From Glaucostegus cemiculus (Eukaryota), in assembly GCA_976551045.1 (NCBI GenBank), contig CDPCPM010000013.1, positions 6,572,001-6,636,000 on the forward strand: a DNA stretch of 64,000 nt. The letters are read 5' to 3'. Position 1 is the first letter of the stretch. Every line of letters begins with the position of its first letter. Below the pieces are notes generated by a model. The model was not told where the DNA came from, did no database searches, and was given only the letters and a program-made list of their open reading frames with translations. Shown piece after piece: positions 1 to 9,960 of the stretch. Position numbers and translations under genes: made by a program.

Positions 1-721
1 GATGACTCTTCCATGAAGGTCATATTTGTTCGGGTGTCACTACACAGTAGAACAATGCACCACTATTCCAGAGTCTGCTAAATCTTCCTGAAGGTCTTTT
101 ACAGTCAAACGGGGTCTTTTGATTTGCATTTCTAGCAAACCTCCAAGCAGTTCTCTTGGTCTTCCAAACCTCAACTTGACACCCCCCCCCCCCCCCCGTT
201 CCTGTTAACTGCCATTTCTTAATTACATTACAAACTGAGGAAATGCTACCTGAAAACACTGCTATCTTCTTATAGCCTTCTCCTGCTTTGTGGGCATCAT
301 TTATTTTAAATTTCAGTGTGCAAGGCAGCTGCTTGAAGGAGCCCATGACTGCTGATTGTTGGGACAAGATTTGAGGAGTCAGGGTATTTATAAAGCTTTG
401 AAATTTGCATCACTTGGCCTTTCCCAATGATAACTGTGAACAAACCATAGCCCTAACAAGCTAATGAAGGTCTGAGACCTTGGTAAAAGTTATCTGAGAG
501 CTCAAATTTCTTGGGGTGCACAAACTTTTGCATGGCGCTCCTTTCCTTTTTTCACTCTAAAATTGTATAAAACAAAAATAATACACTAACCTTGCTTAAA
601 ATGTTGAAAAGTACGCTTCATCTTTAATTTTATGACTTTTAGAGATCAGTTCATCTTCTACTCAAATATTCACAGTAACAGAAATTTTGACCAAGGGTGC
701 CCAACCTTTTGCATGCTACTG
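1..721 (-). mobile_element. Tc1/mariner DNA transposon, 5' part with IR/DR-type terminal repeat (runs off the left edge)
   Basis: Terminus reads CAGTAGCATGCAAAAGGTTGGGCACCC on the minus strand from 721. A second copy of the same ~22-bp motif lies at 513-534 (inner DR). Transposase N-terminus follows downstream. Flanking dinucleotide is CA rather than TA. Confidence 0.85.
20..346 (-). pseudogene. Degenerate Tc1 transposase N-terminus (paired-like HTH)
   Basis: ATG at 346 gives MGSFKQLPCTLKFKINDAHKAGEGYKKIA...ISSVCNVIKKWQLTGT, typical of fish/amphibian Tc1 transposases. Disrupted by a C-run at 182-197 and frameshifts. Confidence 0.8.
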
Positions 722-1084
722 CACTAAGCCAGGTTAAATTTAGTAAAGGAATATGTTTGAAAGGCAGATAATATCAATTGTCACCATAATTAAGTGATTG
801 TTAAAAACTATTAAAATTTGAGACAATTTTAAAAAGTTCATAAAAAATTAACCACTAAGCAAGCATTGAAAACATGAAGTAAAACAATTTAAAGTAACTG
901 ATCTTCCCCTTCCCAAAAGCTAAGATGATCTTTCCAAGATCATGACTGGTTTAGCAAATTGAGGGAAGCTTTTCTCAGTAGCAAATAGTTGAAGGGAGAG
1001 GGGAGATCCAAAAATTTAGACACAGGGTACAAGGGAGATGCAAGGAAAATTTTGTTTCATCCACAGTGTAGTGATTCAAAAACA

Positions 1085-1197
1085 AAAACACTAATCCTGC
1101 AAATAATAGAAAATGCTGGAAACACTCAGCAAGTCAGGCAAGGTCTGTGGAAAAAGAGACAAAGTTAACATTTCAAGCTGAAAACCTTTCATCAGAT
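1085..1197 (-). mobile_element. Short Penelope-derived terminal repeat with hammerhead-like core
   Basis: AAAATGCTGGAAACACTCAGCAAGTCAGGCA...GTTAACATTTCAAGCTGAAAACCTTTCATCAGA. Minus strand reads CTGATGA-AAG...CTT-GAAA. Homologous to arms at 3968, 4740, 17960, 18380, 20336 and 57015. Confidence 0.65.
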
Positions 1198-1404
1198 AAT
1201 CTATAATTCAATACTTGTTGATGCACTGGAAAAAGAATCAATCAGTGCTTTTAGAAGGGATTTGAATAGCACTTGAGAAAGAATAATTTGTAGGGCCTTG
1301 GGAATAAGCAAGGAAAGGGAACCAATGGATTGGTCTACCTGAATTTGGCATGGACTTATTGGGTTGAACAGTTATCTTGTGCTACTACAATATATTGAAT
1401 TCTT

Positions 1405-1960
1405 TCTCTTTTGGAATGTGGGCACCTCCAGCAAGGCCAGCGCCTATTGCCCATACCACACCCAAGTGGCAGAGAGCCACAGTTCTCTCAGTAAAGATGC
1501 AATGCTGTCTGGTAGGGATTTCCAGGATTTAGACACAGCACCAGTGAAGGAATGACAATATATCTCTAGGTCAAGATGATGCGACTTGGAGGGAAATCTA
1601 CAGGTGGTGGTGTTCTTAAGACGCCTGATACTCATTGTTCTTGATGGCAGAAATTGCTAGTATGGATAAGGTACCATCGGTGGCAAATAACAGCAGTGCA
1701 TTTTGTACACTATTTACGTGCCAAAGTGCCAGTTGAGGGTTCGTCCTGAATGGTGCCAATTTTTGTAACCGTTATTGAGGTTGCACTCATTCACACTAGT
1801 GGTGGGTATTCCTTCAGAGTTCTGACTGGAATGGATTTGGGCCCTCAGCTGGTGAGTCACTCATAATAAGATATCCAACCTGATCTACTTGTGCAGTCAC
1901 CATACTTGTGGGGGGTCCAATTAAAATTCTGGTTCATAACCCACATGCTGTTGATGGTGG
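1405..1960 (-). mobile_element. Old CR1-clade LINE 3' fragment (same family as 45460-46235)
   Basis: Starts with GGAATGTGGGC...AAGGCCAGC..TATTGCCCA, the reverse complement of the 3' end seen at 46190-46230. Degenerate. Confidence 0.5.
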
Positions 1961-2987
1961 GGTACTTAGCAGCAGCAGCTGTCATTAAACAGGAGCCAGA
2001 TATACAGCAGGTCTACATACCTCAAAAATAAATTGTTTGATCCATTGTGGATGCTCTGCCAATATATTATCAGGGATGATTTGCTCCCTCAAATTTAACT
2101 TCTCATCTTATTCTCAATACACTTCATTCCCTTAAACTATATGTGTCCTGAACATACTGAATGACTCAGCCCATATGCCATTCTGAAGAAGAAAATTTCA
2201 ACATCCACAATGCTTAAAATAAAGGTTCATTTTTCTTCTCATCCTGAGTCCAAAGAGTCAATTATTCTGAGACTCCCTTGTTATTCCACTACCTGGGATG
2301 ACATTCCCTCATTTCTCTATCAAGTATCAATTCTATCATTCAAGCAAGCATAAACTACTCCCAATAAATGAGAAGCCATTCATGAAACAACTATATAAAC
2401 TGGAAGTTGGAGAATCAGGCTGCAATGCAAAACAGATCTGTGTAAAATTGCAAGGATTTCAAAAAAAATGTTGATTTATATGGATTACCACAGAATTCGT
2501 GGATTTCAAGTGCTTGAAATTTTTTTGCTGCATCCTGGTTTCTAATGCAGTCCCACTATGCCCTTACTAGCGTTTTAATTGGCACTACTAATCTGCATTT
2601 GATGGCACGAATTAAAACACTAAGTAAATAAGCAGCTATACGGCACCGTCAATTGCTGTTCGGGTAATATTTACCAACCGGTAAAATGAAATCTTCAACC
2701 AGAAACAGATAAGGCCTCTAATCTGATTTTTGTTAATTAAGGGGAACAGGCCCCACAGGCTACCATTTTACACGGGCAGCCCGAACCAAAGGCCCCCTCT
2801 TAATCCATACACGGTGATAATCCAACACAGCCCTGAACCGCCACTCACCCCGCCCCTGCCCAGCATCATTCAAGAACCAACGCCGAGGCCTCCCGGGCGA
2901 GAAGGCCTGGACCCTAGGCCGTGGGGTGGGGGAAGGGATGTGCGCAGCCTGGGCCTCTGCGCCTTCCCTCCCGCCCCTCACACTCAC

Positions 2988-3292
2988 ATCTTACGCTGCC
3001 TCTCCAACTCGGCCTTTTTCTCCTCCTCCTCTCGCTTCTGCTTCTCGTCGAGGCTGCTGCGCTTGCTGAGGTTGCGGCCGAAGATGTCGATGCGCTCGGG
3101 GGTGGTGCGGCAGCGGGAGCGGGAGCGCGACTCGCGGGTGGCCGCGTGCCGCCGGCTCTTCTTCTCCCGGGACTTGGAGCGTTTGCGCGGCCGCTCCTTG
3201 TCCCGCGAGTGCGAGCGCGTCCGCCGCTTGCCGTGCTTGCTGCTCTTGGCGTGCTTGGAGCGGGACGAGCTGCGGCTCCGAGACCTCCCCAT
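2988..3292 (-). CDS. ARGLU1: Arginine- and glutamate-rich protein 1 (ARGLU1 or ARGLU1-like), first coding exon
   Basis: MGRSRSRSSSRSKHAKSSKH...RIDIFGRNLSKRSSLDEKQKREEEEKKAELERQRK(I) matches the vertebrate ARGLU1 N-terminus. Strong Kozak GCCATGG. Exon ends at AAG AT|GTGAGT (donor at 2987), 305 nt, phase 2 in the Ile codon. Later exons are not in the window. Confidence 0.93.
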
Positions 3293-3487
3293 GGCCGCCG
3301 CCGCGGCCCCGGCTGACCCCGGGCTACGCTGTGGAGAAGGGAAGCGACCGTGTGTACCGAGGACGCTTTCGCCTCGTCCACCGACGACCGCTCACCCTCT
3401 CCCGGAACTCCTTCTTGACGGCTTCACGCCCACGGTCTCTCTCTCTTTCCCCCTCCTGAAGACCCGGAGACGCCGCAGAAACACACA

Positions 3488-3499
3488 CAAAATGGCGGC
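3488..3499 (+). promoter_or_regulatory. YY1 motif CAAAATGGCGGC near the presumed TSS/5' UTR
   Basis: Close match to the YY1 consensus (GCCGCCATTTTG on the transcribed strand), a common position in housekeeping CpG-island promoters. Confidence 0.65.
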
Positions 3500-3967
3500 A
3501 CCTGTAAATATGGAGGACCACCGGCTCCTGCCCCCACAATGCACCGCGCTCCCTCCCTCTGCAGGCTCCGGTGGTTCCGGAGATTGCCGATCACGTTCGG
3601 AGATTGCCGAATGGACCCGGAAAGTACCGAATGCCTCCGAGCAACACTGGCGCTTGGGTAAGCGCAGAGAACGATAGTAAGATGACAGGAATGATGGACT
3701 GTTTGCTCTGCCAATCATCAGGATCCTCACTGGCATTTTCCTGCCCTTAATTCTTGTCATTTTTAGAAAGCTAGGGATAAACAATAATTCTGCTTGGAAT
3801 AAACAATAATTGAACCCTGAAAGGCAGAGTCTTCCAAATATTCATATCTGAGAGTGAAGATATTTCTTCTCCTCTCAGTCCAAGGTGGCCTAACCAATGG
3901 ATCTGAGACTGTGACTCCTCAACCAGAGGAAAAGGCTTCCTTGCTTCCACCCCATGGAGTCCTGTAG

Positions 3968-4950
3968 GAAACGAAAGATGCTGGAAATATTCAGCAGATT
4001 ATATGTGGCATGAGAAACGGAGTTTATGTTTAATGCCAAAAGCCCTTCATCAGAAACAAAAAAGAGAGGAAACAAGTTAGTATTATGTTGCCGAGAGGGC
4101 AGGGGTGAATGGATAAAAGGGAATACAGCTCTGCATTTTGAACATTTATGTTCTTTTTGTGTTCTCATTTCCTAATTGCATTCATTTCATAGATTTTGTC
4201 AAGTTCAAATTCAAGTTTATTGTCATAGGCATAGATATATGGTATAAACGCCATGAAAATTTGCTTTTTGCAGTAGCAGTACAATACATTACAAACATGA
4301 CAAATATAAGTTAACATAAAGTTAAATTAACATAAATTACGCATGACTTACATGTGCACTAAAATAAACAACAGAATAAACATAGCAACACTAGTGCAAG
4401 ATTGAGAGAGCCAAAGTGAAATATAGTTCAGGGTAGTAGGGTTTCTCAAGTCGATTGAAGAACCTGATGTCAGTGGGAGAAAAGCTGTTGTTGAACTTTG
4501 AGGTATGGTGGGCCTAATGGCAGCATCGAAAAGAGGGCAAGTCATGGATGGTGGGGGTCCATGATGATGGATGTCGCCTTCCTGAGACATCGCCTCTTAG
4601 AGATGTCCTTGATGGTGGAGAGAACTTTACCCATGATGGACTGTTATGTACCTTTGTTCAGTTTTGTTCTCTCTCTACCTACCCCCTTTGAACCATTGAC
4701 TAGGTGATCTTGTTGATACAACCTATCCTTATGACTCACCTTATGAAAAATATTTCCTTTATTCAATCCATACCTCACCCATCCTTTCCACAATTCAAGC
4801 CAACATGTTTTTTCTCTTTTCCAGTTTTGACAAAGGGCCTTTGACCTCAAATGTTAACTCAGTTTCTCTTTTGACAGATGCTGGCTGTCTGCTGAAAGTT
4901 TCTGGCATTTTCTGATTTTATTTCATATTTCCAGCAACAGCAGTTTCTTT
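3968..4950. mobile_element. Penelope-derived element with inverted hammerhead-like arms
   Basis: Left arm ~3968-4135 and right arm ~4740-4950 are diverged reverse complements. Left arm contains CTGATGAAGGG on the minus strand. Confidence 0.65.
4200..4645 (-). mobile_element. Rex1/Babar LINE 3' fragment nested in the inverted-arm element
   Basis: AAGTTCAAATTCAAGTTTATTGTCA tail plus the reverse complement of the Rex1 ORF end (KDP.HP.H.LF..LP-like). Confidence 0.65.
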
Positions 4951-5604
4951 TTTTTTAATATATAATTTTCAAATCCTGTTAGAATCTTAAAGTTACAATG
5001 AAATCTCTCATGTTTCAATACTCTAGAGAATATACACTTAGATTACCCAATCTCTCCTCATATGGCAATCCCAATTTCTCGGAGCCAGTCTAGTGATTCT
5101 TTGCTGTAGTGACAAGTCTATCATTTTTTATTAGGTAGGGAGGTTAAAAGTGCCTATTACTCCGGTTGCAGTCTCACCAAGGCCCTATATAATTGCAATA
5201 AAGTTAGCCAGGGTTGATTAGAGTAGTTGAAAGCAGTCCAGGGCATGTTTATGCATTCTAAAATCCTGAATACTGACAGGGAATTAGAAAAGTGAAAGTG
5301 GTAAATCTGTCTTCGGAAAAACTCGTCCACATTTCAATTGCAGCATCTGAGTGAAGTTTCGACTGAGTGAAATCCATTTTCTGTATCAATAATCTTGTGT
5401 GAAGAACTTCCTTGTGTTAAGGATGAAAGTTTCCTTTTTATAACCTTGCCCTTACGTCTACAGCCTCAGTTTGGGGTAATTTAGCATGACTGCATTTAAG
5501 TAGAAATTAAATAAACACGAGGGAGAAGAAACAGGAATTTGTTGATTCATCTGATGAGGTGGTGTGAGAGTTGGCTCATGTTCAACATACAGTTCCTAAA
5601 GAAA

Positions 5605-6020
5605 AAAATTGACTTGCTTTTATCTTGAATCTTTTACTTCTTTTCAGAAATGCTAAATCCCCTTACAAGACAGTGACATAGTTTTGAAGCACAATGTCTG
5701 ATGTTATTATCTGGGAAATGAGGAAGACAATTTGTGTACAGCAAGATCCAATAAGAAACAACACAACAATGATCAGGTAACTTTGTTTTAGATTTTCTTT
5801 TGCAAAATTATTTATGACTGGGACACTGGGATGACGTTCTGCTTGTTTTCATGGTGGTTCTATGGGAATTTAACATTTCATCCAAGAGATTCCACTTTCA
5901 CCGTTATGTCACTCCCATTGGAAGTGTCAGCCTAGGTTGTGAGCATATCTTATTGAAATGGAATTTGAACACAAAAACTTGTTCCTTAGAGGGCTACAAA
6001 GTAAGCCACAACTGACACAA
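5605..6020 (-). mobile_element. Deu-domain SINE (SacSINE1/AmnSINE1-like), degenerate
   Basis: ACAATTTGTGTACAGCAAGATCC...ATGATCAGGTAA...GGACACTGGG...GGAAGTGTCAGCCTAG...GAATTTGAAC in the expected order. Homologous to 54130-54730. Confidence 0.55.
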
Positions 6021-6523
6021 TGATTTATGTATTTAAAGAGAATGGACCAGAAGTTCATCTGTTTTTAAATACAAATGACAAACTGGCACTGTATGTCCTG
6101 ATCCTACTGGATCATGGTTTTTAGTTGTGCTCATCTGACAACATGTGCTCACTTAAAACATATAGTGCATTTATTTCTCTCTTACTGCACATGAAACACT
6201 TTTATCAAATGCTTACAACACACCTGTGAAACTGGTACAGTGTTACTTCTTAAAGGTGACCTGATCATAACAGCACACTGCTGTTGAAAGTCATTCTGCA
6301 GCTTTTCACTTAGATGTCTGCTCTGGTAATTCATCCAGGTGGTGAGAAGGCTGCAGATTTTACAATATTATCTTCATTGATATTGTGCAAGATGATGCCT
6401 TACACCATGGGTGTCAGGTACCCTTACAGAAGAACTTGCAGGAGGGCTGTACTGTCTACTGGGATTCGATGCAGGATAAAAGTTCCTTATTATCACTTGT
6501 AGAAGATACTTTACTCACTTGTG

Positions 6524-7850
6524 GTAAATTGGTAAATTGCTTTATTGTCACATGAACTGTGGTACAGTGAAAAACTTGTCTTGCATTCAGTCCATATAGA
6601 CCACTTCATTACAACAGTGCATTGAGATAGTACAAGGTAAAACAATAATGGCGTGCAGAATAAAGTGTTACAGTTACAGAGAAAGTGCAGTGCCGGTAGA
6701 CAATAAAGTGCAAGTCCACAATGAAGTAGATTGTGAGGTCAAGGGTCCATGTTATCATACTAGGGAGCCGTTGAATAGTCTTCTTATCATACTAGGGAGT
6801 TCATGGATAAGTATGATAAGATAATCATACTAGGGAGCCATTGAATAGTCTTATAACAGCAGGATAGAAGCTGTCTTTGAGCTTGGTGCTACGTGCTTTC
6901 AGGCTTTTGTATCTTTGCCCAATGGGAGGGGGGAGAAGAGAGAATGTCCAGGGTAGTTGGGGTCTTTGATTATGTTGGCTGCTTTACTGAGGCAGTGAGA
7001 AGTGTAGACAGAGTTCATGAAGCTAAGGCTGATTTCTGTGATGTGCTGAGCTGTGTTCACAACTCTCTGCAGTCTCTTGTGGTCACGGGCAGAGCAGTTG
7101 CCATACCAAGCCGTGATGCATCCAGATAAGAAGCTTTCTATGGTGCATTGATAAAAATTGGTGAGTGTCAAAGGAGACATGCCAAATTTCTTTAACCTCC
7201 TGAGGAAGAAGAGGTGCTGTTGACCTTTCTTGGTCATGGCATCTTATGTGGTTGGACCAGGACAGGCTAATGGTGATGTTAACTCCTACGAACTTGAAGC
7301 TTTCGACCCTCTTGATCTCAGCACTTTACATCAAACTATGCACCGCCCCCCTTCCTGAAGTTAATGACCAGCTCTTTTGTTTTACTGACAATGAGAGAAA
7401 TGTTGTTGTCATCACACCATGTCACTAGGCTCTCTATCTCTTTCCTGTACTCTGACTCTCATTAATTGAAATGCAGCCCACCACAATGGTGTCATCTGCA
7501 AACTTGTAGATGGAGTTAGAGCAGAATCTGGCCACACAGTCATAAGTGTATAGGGAATAGAGTAAGGGACTGAAGACACAGACTTATGGGGCACCAGTGT
7601 TGAGAATAATTGTGATGAAGGTTTTGCTGACTATCCTTACTGATTGCAGTCTATTGGTCAGGAAGTCAAGGATCCAGTCACAAAGCGCTGTGTTGAATCG
7701 CAGGTCTAGGAGTTTCAAAATGAGTTTGCTTGGAATTATAGTATTGAAGGTAGAAGTGTAGTCAATTTATTATAGTCTAACATAGGTGTATTTACTGTCC
7801 AGGTGCTCCAGAGATGATTGTAGGGCCAGGGAGATAGCATCCTTTGTGGA
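6524..7850 (-). mobile_element. Rex1/Babar LINE, 5'-truncated, degenerate RT
   Basis: ORF 6899-7237 (KKGQQHLFFLRRLKKFGMS...FYQCTIESFLSGCITAWYGNCS..DHKRLQRVVNTAQHIT). KFADDTT motif at ~7485-7505. GGTAAATT-repeat tail at 6524. Confidence 0.88.
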
Positions 7851-8385
7851 GGATATGGCTCAAGTAGCATCTGACATTTCCAACACAAATGCATTACAGA
7901 TACATCACTCACACATTTCTTTCTGTGACACTCCCACATCATGGCAGCTATTTCTCGTCACATAATTGGAACCTCTTCTCCTGCTCTTGCAGGATATGAT
8001 GGCAAGACCAATGGTTTGCTTAGGTGGAAGAGCATGTGCTGGCTCTCATGGACCTGTTTGCGACAGAGCCGGTAACTTTACCAGATCTGGATTCATATTG
8101 GTAATGATGTATATGTAACTGATCTGCCCTTTTGGATCCTTGTCATCCCAAATCATATACTTGTTTGATAGATGCTCCTCTTACTTGGGCCTTCCCTTCA
8201 CTAATAACTTTATTGTTAGAGAGTCACAGGAGATCTGCTTAGAAAAAAATGTTAAATTTAGGCCAATGAAGCAATCGTATGGTTCAGAAAAATAATCTGC
8301 AAACTTTGCTGAAAATGACAATAACTTGTATTTATGTGGTCCCCTCAACACAGCAAAACACGAAGGATTGGGATGAAGGAAGAGG

Positions 8386-8493
8386 GAGGAATTCCGTTCA
8401 TATGTATCAGAAGGTTTTGTTTCACTGAAGGATGGGTCACCCCAGGTGCCAGTGAAAATTCTTAGAGATACTGGAGCTTCCCAATCTCTCTTG
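8386..8493 (+). pseudogene. Ty3/gypsy aspartic protease fragment
   Basis: EEFRSYVSEGFVSLKDGSPQVPVKILRDTGASQSLL*, with the catalytic LRDTGA at 8461-8478. Not listed in the ORF track. Confidence 0.8.
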
Positions 8494-9070
8494 TAATGAT
8501 GTCACCCCTTTCCTTACTTTCCAGCTCCATCCTCCTCAATTCCATCCTCTTTTCCTCTACCTCTAGTTTCCTTTGCTCTACCTCAGCCTCAAATTTCAAT
8601 CGTTCTCGTTCAGAATCTATCTTTCTTTGCTCTGCTTCAGCCTCAAATTTCAATCTCTTTTCCTCTGCCTCAGCCTCAAATTTCATCCTCTTTTCCTCTG
8701 CCTCTAGTTTCCTTTGCTCTGCCTCAAATTTCCTTTGCTCTCTTTCAGATTCTAGTCTCCTTTGCTCCCTTTCAGATTCTAGCTCTAATTTCTTTTGTTC
8801 TATTCTTGCTTGTTCCTTTTCAGCCTCTATCTTTGCTAACTGAATTTGGGCATCAGAAATCGCTTGTTCACTGCCAGGAAATTGTTTTACTACTCCCTCT
8901 TCAAACACTTGCATTTTCACATAATGACCAGCTATTATTCTCTGGATATCTGCTTTTCTCATAGATTGTGTTACTGTCATAAGTTTTAGCTCTGTAGCAA
9001 GAATTAATAATTCAGACTTCTTCATTCTCTGCAATCCACTTGGTGTGGGTTTTTTCATAAACGCTTCCAT
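8494..9070 (-). pseudogene. Ty3/gypsy gag N-terminus with repetitive coiled coil, truncated
   Basis: MEAFMKKPTPSGLQRMKKSELLILATELKL...(KFEAEAEEKR)n, starting ~150 nt downstream of a PBS and LTR. Confidence 0.75.
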
Positions 9071-9220
9071 TGCTACTGGTTTCCACACACACGCCAATTA
9101 AGAAAATTTATTGGACCAACCCCAATGTCCAAATTCAGACCTCCAGCACCAGTCTTAAGTTTGACTGCAAGCCAAATCTTTGGACTGGATCCCAGAACGA
9201 CACTCATTAATCTTGGGAAG

Positions 9221-9238
9221 ATCCCGGACGAGCCCCCA
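9221..9238 (-). other. tRNA-Pro primer binding site
   Basis: TGGGGGCTCGTCCGGGAT on the minus strand is the exact 18-nt complement of the tRNA-Pro 3' end, 4 nt after the LTR ...GTAACA end. Confidence 0.9.
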
Positions 9239-9242
9239 ATTT

Positions 9243-9957
9243 TGTTACGAAACCAGCAACAAAAGAAGCACACCAAGTCATACTTCAGTGTTAAGACTAC
9301 TTTATTAATAACTACATCCGATAATACGTAAAATAAGAATAAAAAGTTAGTATATTAGTACACAATAAAATGTTAAAATCTTTAACTATAACCCCAAAAC
9401 TACTCGTCGTGTATGTGCGGCAAGTTCCTAAACTCCAAGTCCAGGAATTAGGTCTTAAAGTCAGTTCAGTAAGCCGTAAGATGACACGAATAAAGGCTTC
9501 TTCACAAGCACTGTCCACCGAAGACAAAATATAGATATAGAGAGAGATTAGAGAGGAATCACGAAATCCAAATGTTCCACTCGAAACTCAAACGACACTT
9601 CAGGGCTTACTCGGTAGTGACTTTCTCACCCTGAAAACTCCTTGTATGTTGACTGTCCATGCAAATACCTGTGTTCTTCTACAGGTTAGCAGCAAAGTGA
9701 ATTCCGTCACTTTGTTCCACAGTATCTGCCACTCGGAAGAGCATCCAAAATGTGGTTGTTCACGCAAACACCTGTGTCCTTCTACAGGTTACCGACAAAG
9801 TGAACTCCACTGGACTACTCCAGAAATCCATCCACGGATTTTAGTGACAAACACAGTTACTGTCCTTCTTCCAACGACAGAAACAAAACAAGCTGCCGCC
9901 TCTCCTTCTTCTCTCTTTCCATCTGTCTGTCTGTCTCTCTCTTATCTTTTAGTGACA
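9243..9957 (-). mobile_element. 5' LTR of the gypsy element (possibly truncated at the CR1 junction)
   Basis: Minus strand TGTCAC (9957) ... GTAACA (9243). AATAAA at 9301-9306. Internal ~45-bp direct repeat at 9661-9705 and 9764-9808. Confidence 0.75.
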
Positions 9958-9960
9958 AAC

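Larger units (their letters stand above)
2770..3680. promoter_or_regulatory. CpG island / promoter of ARGLU1 (transcribed on the minus strand)
   Basis: Sharp rise in GC and CpG density against a CpG-depleted background. It covers exon 1, the 5' UTR and the upstream region. Confidence 0.85.
3810..5200 (-). mobile_element. Old CR1 3' remnant split by a nested insertion (pieces ~3810-3969 and ~4965-5200)
   Basis: Reverse-strand CR1 3' motifs on both sides. TCCTGTAGGA (3960) and TCCTGTTAGA (4974) look like a duplicated target. Confidence 0.55.

Noticed and set aside
2730-3677. 315-aa plus-strand ORF and other overlapping ORFs across the CpG island
   Set aside because: Antisense and alternative-frame shadows of the GC-rich, low-complexity ARGLU1 exon. 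Mostly non-ATG starts and no recognisable domain.
6250-8200. Possible Harbinger-like transposase relics flanking the Rex1 copy
   Set aside because: Too degenerate. No motif could be read with confidence.
8462-9097. E/R/K-rich ORF as a possible ARGLU1 exon or paralogue
   Set aside because: It lies upstream of exon 1, directly after an LTR and PBS, and has a gag-type N-terminus. The similarity is compositional only.
9221-9238. tRNA-Pro gene
   Set aside because: Only the 3'-terminal 18 nt including CCA are present. This is a retroelement primer binding site.
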